DNA of 38,358 nt from a virus (IMGVR_UViG_3300049924_000319:1-38358), one strand, 5' to 3'; counted from the stretch's first letter, positions 18,787 through 27,622 are shown. Program-made: numbers and translations. The notes: generated by a model not told the origin, from the sequence alone.

Positions 18787-19214
18787 GTGTCGCTCCTTGG
18801 TTGCATGTCCTTGTTGTCCGCCATGGCAATGGCTTCAATGATCCCGGCCACCAGCTGGTTTTGGCCTTCCCGCCACATGCCAAACGCCATCAGCATTTTT
18901 GCATCGGTGATCACGTTGAAGGGATAGGCCGTCACGCGCAGCGTCTGGTTCAGCAGGATCTGCAACACCTCGCGGCCAGCCGGATTGTTCACAAAGCATT
19001 CACGGAATTTCAGTGCATCCCGGCGCAGGCGCTGGCGCTGATCATGCAGCTGCTTGGAAAGCAGCTTGCCAAGGTGGCCTTGGTCCAGCTGGTCCCATGT
19101 GCTGGGCTGGTTGGCACCGCCCCCCAGCATCTGCTCAAACAGGCCATCCAGCGACGGCTCGGCCTCGCTGCCTGTGTCCGTATCGTCGCTTTCGGTTGTA
19201 ACTCTTGCAGTCAT
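18783..19214 (-). CDS. Conserved protein downstream of portal (Bbp19-like)
   Basis: F..NPAGREVLQIL...REGQNQLV motif; GGAGAG RBS. Confidence 0.65.
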
Positions 19215-19247
19215 GGTCGCTCTCCATGTTTCGCTCAATGTGTGGGG

Positions 19248-20885
19248 TTAGGCCGCCAGGGCGGTGGGGGGTGCGGCTTGGGGTGGCGCGCCACCCTTTG
19301 CCTGCTGGGCCTGCATCTGCGCGGCGGCAATCAGTTGCGCCACCATCTTCTGCAGGCCTTCGCGTTCTTTCGGCGTGCGGATGAAGGCTGGCGACACGCC
19401 AAGCATCTTGCCAACAGCCGGATAGATTTCTTCGATCTTCGCCATCAGCATGGCCGGTTCCATGCCGGTCAGCGAAATCATCAGCTGCAGCCATTCGACA
19501 ATCGACGACACATCTTGCGCGGCTTGCGCGCGGGCAATGGGTGATGTGATCTGCACTTTCAGGATCAGCTGATCAATCGGCAGCTTTGCGCTGATGAGTT
19601 TGCGCCGGTACAAAACATCAATCACCCGCTTTACCAGCGGGATGACAATTTCCAGCAGCAGGCGCGGATAGGCACCGGCAAGGTCGCTCATCAGCCGTTT
19701 CATGCGCTCGACAATTTCAGTGGCAGAGCGCACGGCACCGCTGTCAGGCGGCAGCGCGTCATCAAAGGTGGTCTGCTTCACCTGCTCGCGCAGATCCTGC
19801 AACACGATATTCGACACGTCATAGCGGCCGGGCATTTCCTGCCGCTGCAGCGCCGGGCCCATGGTGCCGCCATTGGACGACACAGCCCACATGGCGCCGG
19901 GATACATGCGCGCGGTTTTCGGGTTGAAGGTCCGATCATTGCGATAGGTCCACAATCCCAGCACGGCAAAGGCCACGGCCTTCAAGGTCAGTTCCGTGAT
20001 CTTGTTCACGGTCTTGATGGTCGGCAAGGCGGCAAGTCCGGGGCCACGGCCCATGGCTTCACCCGGCACCTTCCAGAAGCGCGGCGTCAGCCACGGGCAT
20101 GTCAGCATGTCATCGGTTTTTTCAATCGGCTCGGCTTCGGTCTTGTCCTTCTCAAGGATCAGATGCACCCAGCGCTTGGCCTTGCAGTCGTATTCCGTGG
20201 CCTGCAGAATGCAAATATCGGCGTTGGCATCTTCCTTGATCTTCTTTTCGGTTTCGGCCGAGAACTTGCCCTTGGGCCAATGGATTTTCAGGGTGTCGGC
20301 CTTGAAAATCTTTTCCCAGTAAATGCCGTGAACCCGCCCCATGCCATCTTCACGCAGGGCAATCTCACCCACCGGCACCGCCGTGAAGCGCATCACCTCA
20401 TCTTCATCTTCCAGCATCAGCAGCGCGCCCTGGCCGCCAAACAGGTCGAGATACATTTCATCAGCGGCAAGCGCGAATTGCGCCGTCTCAAGCACGGCCG
20501 ACACCATGCCGGTGACCTGTTCCAGATCCTTTTCCGTCTGCTGAATGTTTTCCTTGGCCATCTGGTCATCGCCATTGGTGGCCCGGTAGATTTCGGATTT
20601 CAGCGCCGGTCCCACCTGCAGTTCAAAAAACCGTTGGAAGGGTGGCGTCACATCGCGGCTCATGCGCCCGGCAAAGCGGAAGGCGGCCTTTGTCGCCGTG
20701 GCGTCAAACACCTTTTCCATGCCGCTGCCGCCGCCAGACTGGTTGCTCTGCACGCCATTGACGCGCGCCGGCCTGCGGTTGGGAATGGCATAGTCATACA
20801 GCTGGTTGTACAGCTGCGCCCAGTTCTGGCGATCCGAATAGGCGCGGGCCGAACGGCCCGTCACTGATTTCGCGGCGAAGTCCAT
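19248..20885 (-). CDS. Portal (head-to-tail connector) protein
   Basis: 545 aa; PWLTPRFWKVPGEAMGRGPG, RSATEIVER and ITSPIARAQ motifs. Confidence 0.92.
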   Translation of the reverse strand: MDFAAKSVTGRSARAYSDRQNWAQLYNQLYDYAIPNRRPARVNGVQSNQSGGGSGMEKVFDATATKAAFRFAGRMSRDVTPPFQRFFELQVGPALKSEIYRATNGDDQMAKENIQQTEKDLEQVTGMVSAVLETAQFALAADEMYLDLFGGQGALLMLEDEDEVMRFTAVPVGEIALREDGMGRVHGIYWEKIFKADTLKIHWPKGKFSAETEKKIKEDANADICILQATEYDCKAKRWVHLILEKDKTEAEPIEKTDDMLTCPWLTPRFWKVPGEAMGRGPGLAALPTIKTVNKITELTLKAVAFAVLGLWTYRNDRTFNPKTARMYPGAMWAVSSNGGTMGPALQRQEMPGRYDVSNIVLQDLREQVKQTTFDDALPPDSGAVRSATEIVERMKRLMSDLAGAYPRLLLEIVIPLVKRVIDVLYRRKLISAKLPIDQLILKVQITSPIARAQAAQDVSSIVEWLQLMISLTGMEPAMLMAKIEEIYPAVGKMLGVSPAFIRTPKEREGLQKMVAQLIAAAQMQAQQAKGGAPPQAAPPTALAA

Positions 20886-21085
20886 CAGCCACCAAGCCGG
20901 TCACTGAACGACAAGGTGCTGCGCCGTGAAGACGCCCTGGCCGAGATGGCGGCCAGCATGTCGGCTTCCGCCTTTTGCTGCGAGGCCTTGTTGGCTGCAT
21001 CAACCTGTGCTGCGCGTTCGGCTGCACTTGGTCCCTGTTGCTGCTGCTGTGCGCCGCCGCCAAAAATTGATGCAACTGCTTTCAT
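20885..21085 (-). CDS. Small virion/assembly protein upstream of portal
   Basis: 66 aa, coupled start/stop codons, RRSTLS C-terminus. Confidence 0.65.
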   Translation of the reverse strand: MKAVASIFGGGAQQQQQGPSAAERAAQVDAANKASQQKAEADMLAAISARASSRRSTLSFSDRLGG

Positions 21086-21528
21086 GGATCATCCACCTTG
21101 CTGGTCGTTTCGCAAACCATAGGGGCAGCAGTCGCCCTGTTCCGACAAAGGTATAAAATGCGCTGCCCTGCCACGGCTTCCTCACGCCACTGGCCGAAGG
21201 CATTGGCCAGGCGCAATCCGGTTGCGTGTTCGGGCAGCACGCGCGCGAAGATCGGCAGGTCATCCGGCACCAGCGGCAACAGCCCGCGCAACAGGCGGAT
21301 GATCTGCAGGCCTTGGCGTGGCACCAGGCGGCCGCGTGTTGCAAACCACAGTTCACGGCTGTCAGCGTGCTGGTACAGGCCCACCATGGCCACTGGCCTG
21401 TCATCAGCGAGCAGCGTGGCGGCCGGTGAGAACATGACTTGCCCCACCACCATGGAAAGCTGGTAGGGATCCAACAAGCCAATCACGGCCGGAATGTCAG
21501 CAAGCGTGGCGGGCCGGCAGGTGATCAT
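21082..21528 (-). CDS. GNAT-fold acetyltransferase-like protein
   Basis: ITCRPATLADIPAV start; ELWF and ARV...TGLRLANAFG motifs. Confidence 0.6.
   Translation of the reverse strand: MITCRPATLADIPAVIGLLDPYQLSMVVGQVMFSPAATLLADDRPVAMVGLYQHADSRELWFATRGRLVPRQGLQIIRLLRGLLPLVPDDLPIFARVLPEHATGLRLANAFGQWREEAVAGQRILYLCRNRATAAPMVCETTSKVDDP
21116..21149 (-). promoter_or_regulatory. Putative late promoter copy 3 (TTTGTCGGAACA-N16-TATGGT)
   Basis: Inside the 3' end of the GNAT gene, upstream of the portal operon. Confidence 0.72.
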
Positions 21529-23081
21529 ACCTTGAAAACATCGAAGTCTGAACCGCCACGGGCTGGCACATCGTCGTCATCGTCATCATCGCGCCGTCTG
21601 GATCCAATCTTGTGGCGGCTGCGGCCACCCGCCGCCTCACCTTTCGACAATCCCACAACGCCGAAAATATCCAGCACGATGTACTGCAACGCATCATGCG
21701 GGTTGCTGTGCAAATTCTTCTTCGGCAGCGTGGCAGGCACGGCATTCTTGCCAACCCCAACCAGCTCGTATTTGTAATGGGAATTAAAACCCTTGCGCAA
21801 TACGCGGCAGCGCGGTGAGAGCAACAGCCCCTGTTCATCCAATGGCCCTGGGTTGTGCGTCAGCAATTGCCGCACGCCTTCAAGCCGGGCCAGCAATTCG
21901 TTTGTTGGCGCTGCCATCAGTTCAAGGCCCATCGCTTCGCTGACGATTTCCGCCCAACTCTGCACGCCCTGCTCTTTGTCGCCGCCTGAAAATCCGGCCG
22001 GGTCGCAAGTGGCGGCAATGATTTCGCAACTGGCATAGCGTTCCAGCAGGAATTGCTTGCACTGCAGGCCGAAGCTGCGCGAACCGATGCGGGCTTGTGG
22101 CACCAGTTCATCAATCACGCGCAGCTGGCCACGCCAGTCATATTGCGCCACCACCATGGCAGGCCCCAGCACGCCTTGGTCAAAGCCAAGGCGCAGGCCC
22201 ACACCGCGCAACGGCAGCAGGTCTTGTTCCGCCACATGCCGTTCATCCGAGTATTCGGCATAGACCGGCAGGCCATCGCGTGAATAGCCATACTGCCCGT
22301 CAATCATCCGGCGCACATAGTCGGGCCGGTGCGCGTTCAGCTTTGCCAGATCTTCATAGGATTGCCGCGACACGCCTGCCCGGTTCTCACCGCGCGGGCT
22401 GCGGCCGGATGGCTGTTTGTAGATCTGATAGCCATCAGGTTTTAATTCCTCAAACAGGTTGTAGGTGTAATTATCCACGTCTGGCGGGTTCATGTCGCCA
22501 ATCACGCCGGAGAAATAATTCGGCACCCGCTCGTTGTTGCTGTCAACCGTGAAGGCTGATGCAGGCAACAGCCGCTGTGGCGGATAGCGCCGCTGCAACA
22601 CACGGCCGAGAATGTTTGTCAGCACCGCTTCATTCAGCGTGTCGCCTTCATTCAGATAGGCCCAGGATCCTTCAAGGCCTTTCAGCGCATCTTCAATATC
22701 GGCATGTTCATCCAGCGCCCGGAAGTCCATCTGGAATTCCAGCACCACACCGTTCTCCTGCTCGAACCGCAACAGGTGCGAAGCCTGCCGGCCTTTCGAT
22801 CCCGTCCACTTGCCAATGCTTTCGGGGAACCACTGCCACCAGGACGGGATCACCGTGTCCCACAGCTTGGTGTAGGTATCGCGGAACACAAAGCCCTTGA
22901 AGCGCCGCACCTTGTCCACGCACACCGGCATGGCCGATGCCACGGTCAGCGCATCGAAGAAGCAGGCATTGGTCTTGCCGGAACCAATCGGCCCCATGAT
23001 CCAGCGCACCGGCTTGCGGCCGCGCAGAAAACTTTCTGCAACAGGCCCAGGCGGCCGGTAGGTCTGGACGTTGAAACTCAT
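21525..23081 (-). CDS. terL: Terminase large subunit
   Basis: Walker A GPIGSGKT, YLNEG Walker B, GDMNPP, nuclease motifs LGFD, CDPAG and HSNPHDALQY; start MSFNVQ preferred. Confidence 0.92.
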   Translation of the reverse strand: MSFNVQTYRPPGPVAESFLRGRKPVRWIMGPIGSGKTNACFFDALTVASAMPVCVDKVRRFKGFVFRDTYTKLWDTVIPSWWQWFPESIGKWTGSKGRQASHLLRFEQENGVVLEFQMDFRALDEHADIEDALKGLEGSWAYLNEGDTLNEAVLTNILGRVLQRRYPPQRLLPASAFTVDSNNERVPNYFSGVIGDMNPPDVDNYTYNLFEELKPDGYQIYKQPSGRSPRGENRAGVSRQSYEDLAKLNAHRPDYVRRMIDGQYGYSRDGLPVYAEYSDERHVAEQDLLPLRGVGLRLGFDQGVLGPAMVVAQYDWRGQLRVIDELVPQARIGSRSFGLQCKQFLLERYASCEIIAATCDPAGFSGGDKEQGVQSWAEIVSEAMGLELMAAPTNELLARLEGVRQLLTHNPGPLDEQGLLLSPRCRVLRKGFNSHYKYELVGVGKNAVPATLPKKNLHSNPHDALQYIVLDIFGVVGLSKGEAAGGRSRHKIGSRRRDDDDDDDVPARGGSDFDVFKV

Positions 23082-23289
23082 GGCCGGTCCCCAGCCCAAC
23101 CATGCGAGGCCCGCGCCCCGTGCCCGTCCCGCGCCCGGCATCTCAAATCGTTTTTTTTACGACTGGCAGCAGAAGGGCGGGAAGGATTTGAACCGGCAAA
23201 ACCCGCGCGCCAACTGGCCTCATAAGGGAGGGAACGCGATTTCGGGGACACCCCCCACATGGGCGCATGGGTGGAATTGAGGCCACCCC

Positions 23290-23441
23290 CCTCATGCGCG
23301 CCATGCAGGCCATGAGGCTTCGCAGCTGATTTTCTATCAGCTGCACCAGTGGCGCAAGTCATTGACTTGTCAACATATTCACCTTGCGTGAGACGGCTAC
23401 TCATGAGACGCGGCCTTTTCATCAGCGCTAAGTGATTGATT
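23290..23441. promoter_or_regulatory. att-like/IHF-containing DNA site in the terS-terL gap
   Basis: IHF consensus AATCAATCACTTA (minus strand, 23429-23441), TGAGACG x2, palindrome GCAGCTGAT-N5-ATCAGCTGC. Confidence 0.6.
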
Positions 23442-23933
23442 TTGTTCAACCGGCACAAGGTCAAGCGCAAAGGGGTTGGCCTCGCCCGTCTCACCCGCGC
23501 GCGGCGCATTGAGGTTGACCACGAACAGCTTGCCCACGGTGCCCATGTCCACCTGGACGGATTGCGGCATGGCCTGCAGCGTGTAGCGGGCCACAAACTC
23601 GCGGCACGATTGCTGGTATTTGGCAGCATCCAGCATGTCGCACCTAAGCGCATCGCGCAGCACGGCCAGCGGCATGTCGCAGATTTGCGCGGCCGCAATC
23701 ACCGGGTGCCGGTGATGGCTCAACACATAATCGGCCAGTTCCTTGGTGGCCTTGTTCATGGCGCCCTTTGGCCTGCCGGGCGTGGTGCGCTTGCCGTCGA
23801 TCACCACATCACCGAGCAAGGGCAGCTGCGCCACGGGATCCATCAGGTCCAGTTGCTCGGCATCAGCGCCCGGAATTTCAGCCGCCGCCACGCGCGCCCC
23901 AAGCGCGGCCTGCAGGCCGGTTTGATCAGCCAT
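23397..23933 (-). CDS. terS: Terminase small subunit (putative)
   Basis: GRPKGAMNKAT motif; upstream of terL. Confidence 0.7.
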   Translation of the reverse strand: MADQTGLQAALGARVAAAEIPGADAEQLDLMDPVAQLPLLGDVVIDGKRTTPGRPKGAMNKATKELADYVLSHHRHPVIAAAQICDMPLAVLRDALRCDMLDAAKYQQSCREFVARYTLQAMPQSVQVDMGTVGKLFVVNLNAPRAGETGEANPFALDLVPVEQNQSLSADEKAASHE

Positions 23934-23949
23934 ATCCGCCCCCTATTTT

Positions 23950-24190
23950 ATCCGGTTCCGGACGGTTCCGGTGCGGTTCCGGGCTAAGTGGCTGTTCTTG
24001 CCTCTTATTATATCCATCCGGAACGGTGGAACGATGGAACCACATATCTCCACATGCGCGCGCGCGCGTATGCACACATAAGGGCCTGTGCGGTTCCACC
24101 GTTCCACCGTTCCGTTTTGCCATTTTGTCTAGTGTTTCCCGGTCTTTGGTTCCGGAACCGCTGATCTGCTCCGGCGGTTCCACCGTTCCG
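23950..24190. repeat. Iteron array, putative replication origin
   Basis: About 13 GTTCC/GGAAC copies, including 8-bp-period triplets in opposite orientation (24020-24040, 24093-24113) and an AT-rich patch. Confidence 0.65.
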
Positions 24191-24232
24191 CCCCCAACCG
24201 CCAAGGCGCAGCTTAGAAGTTACTTGCAACGC

Positions 24233-24266
24233 ACCTTACGGGCCGGGGCCGGGGTGTTCCGACAAA
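24233..24266 (-). promoter_or_regulatory. Putative late promoter copy 4 (TTTGTCGGAACA-N16-TAAGGT)
   Basis: Upstream of terS and after a terminator. Confidence 0.72.
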
Positions 24267-24295
24267 CCCGGCCAATCGGGTTCGAGGGTTTGCAA

Positions 24296-24332
24296 GAAAA
24301 AACGCCCGGCGCAGCATGTGGCTGGCCGGGTG
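24296..24332 (-). terminator. Rho-independent terminator after the antirepressor gene
   Basis: CCCGGC-CAGC...GCTG-C-GCCGGG stem followed by T6. Confidence 0.6.
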
Positions 24333-24352
24333 CGGGGCGTGATGAGGATTGA

Positions 24353-25195
24353 TCAGATCAGCGGCGGATCATCGAGAAAGCGGGCTGGAATATAGGTTCC
24401 ACGCGCTTCCACGCTGCCATAGCGCTGCTTTGCGGCCACCGCTGCACCCCGCAGGCGGCGCAGCACCCGGCGCCAGCGGCCATAGTCCCATTTGCTGCCG
24501 GAGAACACACTTTCAAGCCAGTGGTGCGCATTGGCCACCAGAAAACCTTCCGCTGGTTCACGCGCAATCCTGAGGCCATGGGCCGCCAGCATGGCCTGCG
24601 CCTGTTCATCGTCGTTCAGGGCGGCTTCCAGCGCCTCGCGGATGAACCAGGACGAGCCTGCGGGCTTCTGCGCCAGGATTTCCTCCAGGCAGGCGCGGGC
24701 TTCCTCTTGGCCGCCGTCTGGCTGCATGTCAGGGATGGGCAGGCCGATTTCGGACCACAGCGAACGGGCCCTGGCATGGCCGAACAGATGCCGCGCCTCG
24801 CGCACCAGGGCCAGCTTGGCGGTGAGGATGGGCACTGCCTCGCCGGTGATGGGCTGGGGTTCGTCGGCCGCCGTTTCAAAGCGGCCACTGCGGCGCAGAC
24901 TGGGCAGCACCTCATGCGCCAGCCAGCGCTTGAACCGCTCAGCTTCCGGCTTGCGGGAGGTGAAAATGAGCCGGAATACACCCGGTTCGGAGACGATGAT
25001 TGCCTTTTTGCTGCCGCTGGGGTCGCTAATCGCGACCTCAGCTCTTTCGTCATCATCCAGCCGGGCAAGTGCATGGCTCTCGTTTTTGATGTCCAGCACA
25101 TGACAAACATCACGGCCAACAAACCACGGTGCATTTTCGCGCGACACGGTTCTGACCAACTGATCTTCAAAAATAAAGGGGGTAACAGCGTTCAT
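24353..25195 (-). CDS. BRO-N domain antirepressor
   Basis: PFIFEDQLVR...PWFVGRDVCHVL...LDDDE...VSEPGVFRLIFTSRKPEAERFKRWLAHEVLPSLRRSG. Confidence 0.9.
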   Translation of the reverse strand: MNAVTPFIFEDQLVRTVSRENAPWFVGRDVCHVLDIKNESHALARLDDDERAEVAISDPSGSKKAIIVSEPGVFRLIFTSRKPEAERFKRWLAHEVLPSLRRSGRFETAADEPQPITGEAVPILTAKLALVREARHLFGHARARSLWSEIGLPIPDMQPDGGQEEARACLEEILAQKPAGSSWFIREALEAALNDDEQAQAMLAAHGLRIAREPAEGFLVANAHHWLESVFSGSKWDYGRWRRVLRRLRGAAVAAKQRYGSVEARGTYIPARFLDDPPLI

Positions 25196-25198
25196 GGC

Positions 25199-25426
25199 TC
25201 AGCCCTCCAGCTTGATGAAAAAACTGTGGCCGCTGTCATCGGCATGGCCGCAATCATTGCAGCTGCAGTGGTCGTTCACATCCACCAGCACGAAGCGCTG
25301 CAGGCTGGCATCCCAGATGGCGCTGGCATCGTGGCAGACGCTGGCTGACCGGCATTTGGGGCAGCGGTAATCAAAGCGCAGGAAGTCCCTGCGCTGAGGG
25401 TGGGTTTGGGCAAGGGCATGGGTCAT
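25199..25426 (-). CDS. Small zinc-ribbon protein
   Basis: CPKC...CNDC; first gene after the C4-like RNA. Confidence 0.65.
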   Translation of the reverse strand: MTHALAQTHPQRRDFLRFDYRCPKCRSASVCHDASAIWDASLQRFVLVDVNDHCSCNDCGHADDSGHSFFIKLEG

Positions 25427-25487
25427 GGTGACACCTGTTCGTGAAGGTTGACGGGCACCACGCGCGGCACAATTCAGGTGCCGCTGG

Positions 25488-25562
25488 TGGCGGGGGTTGA
25501 AAACCTGCACGAACACAGGCGGACTTCTTGGGGCTTTCGCCTTATCCGTCGCACCCCCGCCA
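25488..25562 (-). ncRNA. C4/CI-type antisense RNA
   Basis: 10-bp closing stem TGGCGGGGGT/ACCCCCGCCA; internal hairpins; GTTCGTG and GGTTTTCA segments complementary to flanking sites; upstream of an antirepressor. Confidence 0.75.
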
Positions 25563-25640
25563 TAAATCGGCATAAAAAATACCGCATAACTTTCGGGGCG
25601 GGTGTCCGGTTCGTGATTGGTGGTTTTCAGCCACGCCGCC

Positions 25641-25670
25641 CTTATAGTACAAGATGGTTACCAAAGTCAA
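25641..25670 (-). promoter_or_regulatory. Sigma70-type promoter of the C4/antirepressor operon
   Basis: TTGACT-N17-CTATAA. Confidence 0.6.
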
Positions 25671-26193
25671 AACGGGTCGACACATGGCAGCGCCACAATC
25701 CTGCATATTGCCAAAGGATGCCTTTCTTCAAAAGCTCTGCGCAGAATTGGTTTCTGTTGAGACAGCTCAAGCTGCCATAGTTTGTACCTTTGACAATTGT
25801 CCCCAGGCTACGGCGGAAAGCAGCACGGAATTGGCAGTGCAGCAAACGGACCTGCTCCGCCAAATTTATGCGCGGGAACGCCAGATCACCCCCGATGGCG
25901 GCAGCTTCATCTATGAAACGCCACTCATGCCGTCCCGCGTCACCTTTGCCGGCGGCACCACAGTGCACGAACAGAACATCGAGCTGCTGCTTCTGATAGG
26001 CGGCTTCTTTGCCCTTCTCATCGCAGGGGTTGCCTTGTCGTGGCTCTGGCATCACCGCGGCAAAATCAAGGACCACAGTAGCTCTGCCTGGCAGCATCCA
26101 GTGCGGCCGCCTCTGGCTAAAGCGCTTGGCACGGCCGCCACCATAGCCCTTGGCGTTTTTGGTGGCCTCGCCTTGTGGTCGTGGTGGATCTGA
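25654..26193 (+). CDS. Hypothetical membrane protein (moron-like; start uncertain)
   Basis: Counter-oriented ORF filling a gap, with two C-terminal TM segments. Confidence 0.5.
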   Translation: MVTKVKTGRHMAAPQSCILPKDAFLQKLCAELVSVETAQAAIVCTFDNCPQATAESSTELAVQQTDLLRQIYARERQITPDGGSFIYETPLMPSRVTFAGGTTVHEQNIELLLLIGGFFALLIAGVALSWLWHHRGKIKDHSSSAWQHPVRPPLAKALGTAATIALGVFGGLALWSWWI

Positions 26194-26201
26194 CAGCGCC
26201 A

Positions 26202-26516
26202 TCAAAACAGCCAGCCCGCCCGCCGCCACTTTTGCCACAGGTCGATTGCATAGCTGTTGCAGCCTTCCGGATGGTCCCTGCTGCACGGTTTCACCAGCTG
26301 AAACTTTTGATAGCGCGTCACGGCCATCTGCAGCACGGCAAACTGGCGGCCGCGCTCATAAGCCCAGCGGCATCCTGTTTCCCTGGCAATGTGGTCCGGG
26401 TTGAACGGCAAACCCTGCCACACCTCGTCATAGCCACGCATGAAAACCGGATCGGTCAGCAGGGCGGCCGTTGTGGTGGTTTTCGGCTTTGAGTTGCCAA
26501 AGAAATGCTCTGCCAT
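26202..26516 (-). CDS. Hypothetical protein
   Basis: MAEHFF start overlapping the upstream stop; WAYERGRQFA motif. Confidence 0.65.
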   Translation of the reverse strand: MAEHFFGNSKPKTTTTAALLTDPVFMRGYDEVWQGLPFNPDHIARETGCRWAYERGRQFAVLQMAVTRYQKFQLVKPCSRDHPEGCNSYAIDLWQKWRRAGWLF

Positions 26517-26680
26517 CAGCGTGCCTGGTTGTCTGGCCACTCTTCTTTGCGTGCGGCAGGGCGCGATGGCGCATAGGTCAGCACCCACGCAACAGATCGG
26601 CTGAGAAGCGCCTCACGCATCAGCGCTTCCGCCTCCACCACGCGCCGCCATGCGGGTGGCAGTGTGATGTGATGGCTCAT
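26516..26680 (-). CDS. Hypothetical protein
   Basis: MSHHITLP start with ATGA coupling. Confidence 0.5.
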   Translation of the reverse strand: MSHHITLPPAWRRVVEAEALMREALLSRSVAWVLTYAPSRPAARKEEWPDNQAR

Positions 26681-26988
26681 GCAGTGTTCGCCAGTTCCAG
26701 CAGCACATCGGCATGGCAGGGCTGGTCCAGCGGGCACCAGCAGACCAGGTTCTTACCGCGTAGCCGCTTCAATTTTTTAAATTGCTTAACGCCGGCACAG
26801 GTTGGTTCCAACAGGTACTCACGAAATCTTTTCACGGCTTCAGGTGGGGACTGGCATGCAAACCAATCTGTCGATTTGGCATCGACAAAATAAGGATTTT
26901 CCCACGTGCTGCCGCGCCCCACATAGACCGTATCAGGCGGCATCTTCCAGCCTTTGCTGCGCTTGCGTTGAATGCGGATGGGCATCAT
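26677..26988 (-). CDS. DUF4326 family protein
   Basis: RIQRKRSKGWKMPPDTVYVGRGSTWENPY...LRGKNLVCWCPLDQPCHADVLLELAN. Confidence 0.85.
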   Translation of the reverse strand: MMPIRIQRKRSKGWKMPPDTVYVGRGSTWENPYFVDAKSTDWFACQSPPEAVKRFREYLLEPTCAGVKQFKKLKRLRGKNLVCWCPLDQPCHADVLLELANTA

Positions 26989-27206
26989 CAGAACTCCCAT
27001 TCCGCCACATCGGCCTCGGCGCACGCTTCCGGGCTTTCGCCGTTTTGGTGCTGTTCGTCCCAATAGGTTTTGGCAGCTGTGGCGGCATAGGCGCTCACGC
27101 TGCTGCCATCCTTGAACGTGGTGAAGCCCGCATAGGCAATTGCATGCGCCACAAAGCGGCGGGTGAACTCGTCAAGTGGCAGGCGTTCTTTTTCAGTCGT
27201 GGTCAT
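26988..27206 (-). CDS. Hypothetical protein
   Basis: 72 aa, AGGAG RBS, coupled. Confidence 0.65.
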   Translation of the reverse strand: MTTTEKERLPLDEFTRRFVAHAIAYAGFTTFKDGSSVSAYAATAAKTYWDEQHQNGESPEACAEADVAEWEF

Positions 27207-27622
27207 GTGTCAATCTCCTTTTGTGAGACGGTGGCGCGCTTCTTGAAGCCGTATGCCAAGACGCCATAACGCATGTCATCGTCAGTTTCGCCACGCTTGA
27301 AGGCGTAGAAGTCATTGCTGATGCCATGCACCATGAGGCCATCTGGAATGTGGTTGTACCACTGGTAAGGAAACAGCCAGAGTACATCACCATTCTGGTC
27401 TGGCTCATCCCACGCGCGGCAACCGATGGCCTTCAATGTTTCATCTGAAAATTCAGCAATGCGATTGAAATCGAGGAGCGGGACTGGAACCACAAGACCA
27501 TCTTCACGCTCAAACTGCGGCGTCATGATCTGCAGCGTTTCACCGGGTTTGACGCCAATGGCTTCGCGCAGATCGTCAGCGAAAGTCGGGCTGCTCATGT
27601 CGAGCAAAAAATCATAGGTCAT
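27203..27622 (-). CDS. Hypothetical protein
   Basis: MTYDFLL start with GGAGG RBS; LWLFPYQWY and DDDMRYGVLAYG motifs. Confidence 0.7.
   Translation of the reverse strand: MTYDFLLDMSSPTFADDLREAIGVKPGETLQIMTPQFEREDGLVVPVPLLDFNRIAEFSDETLKAIGCRAWDEPDQNGDVLWLFPYQWYNHIPDGLMVHGISNDFYAFKRGETDDDMRYGVLAYGFKKRATVSQKEIDT

Noticed and set aside
23078-23698. 206-aa ORF or frameshifted terS extension ending at the terL start
   Set aside because: Mostly overlaps terS out of frame, has non-protein-like composition and no evident slippery site; not fully excluded given the ATGA overlap with terL.
23926-24229. Short ORFs across the iteron array
   Set aside because: The repeated GGTVEP peptides just reflect the DNA iterons; weak start codons.
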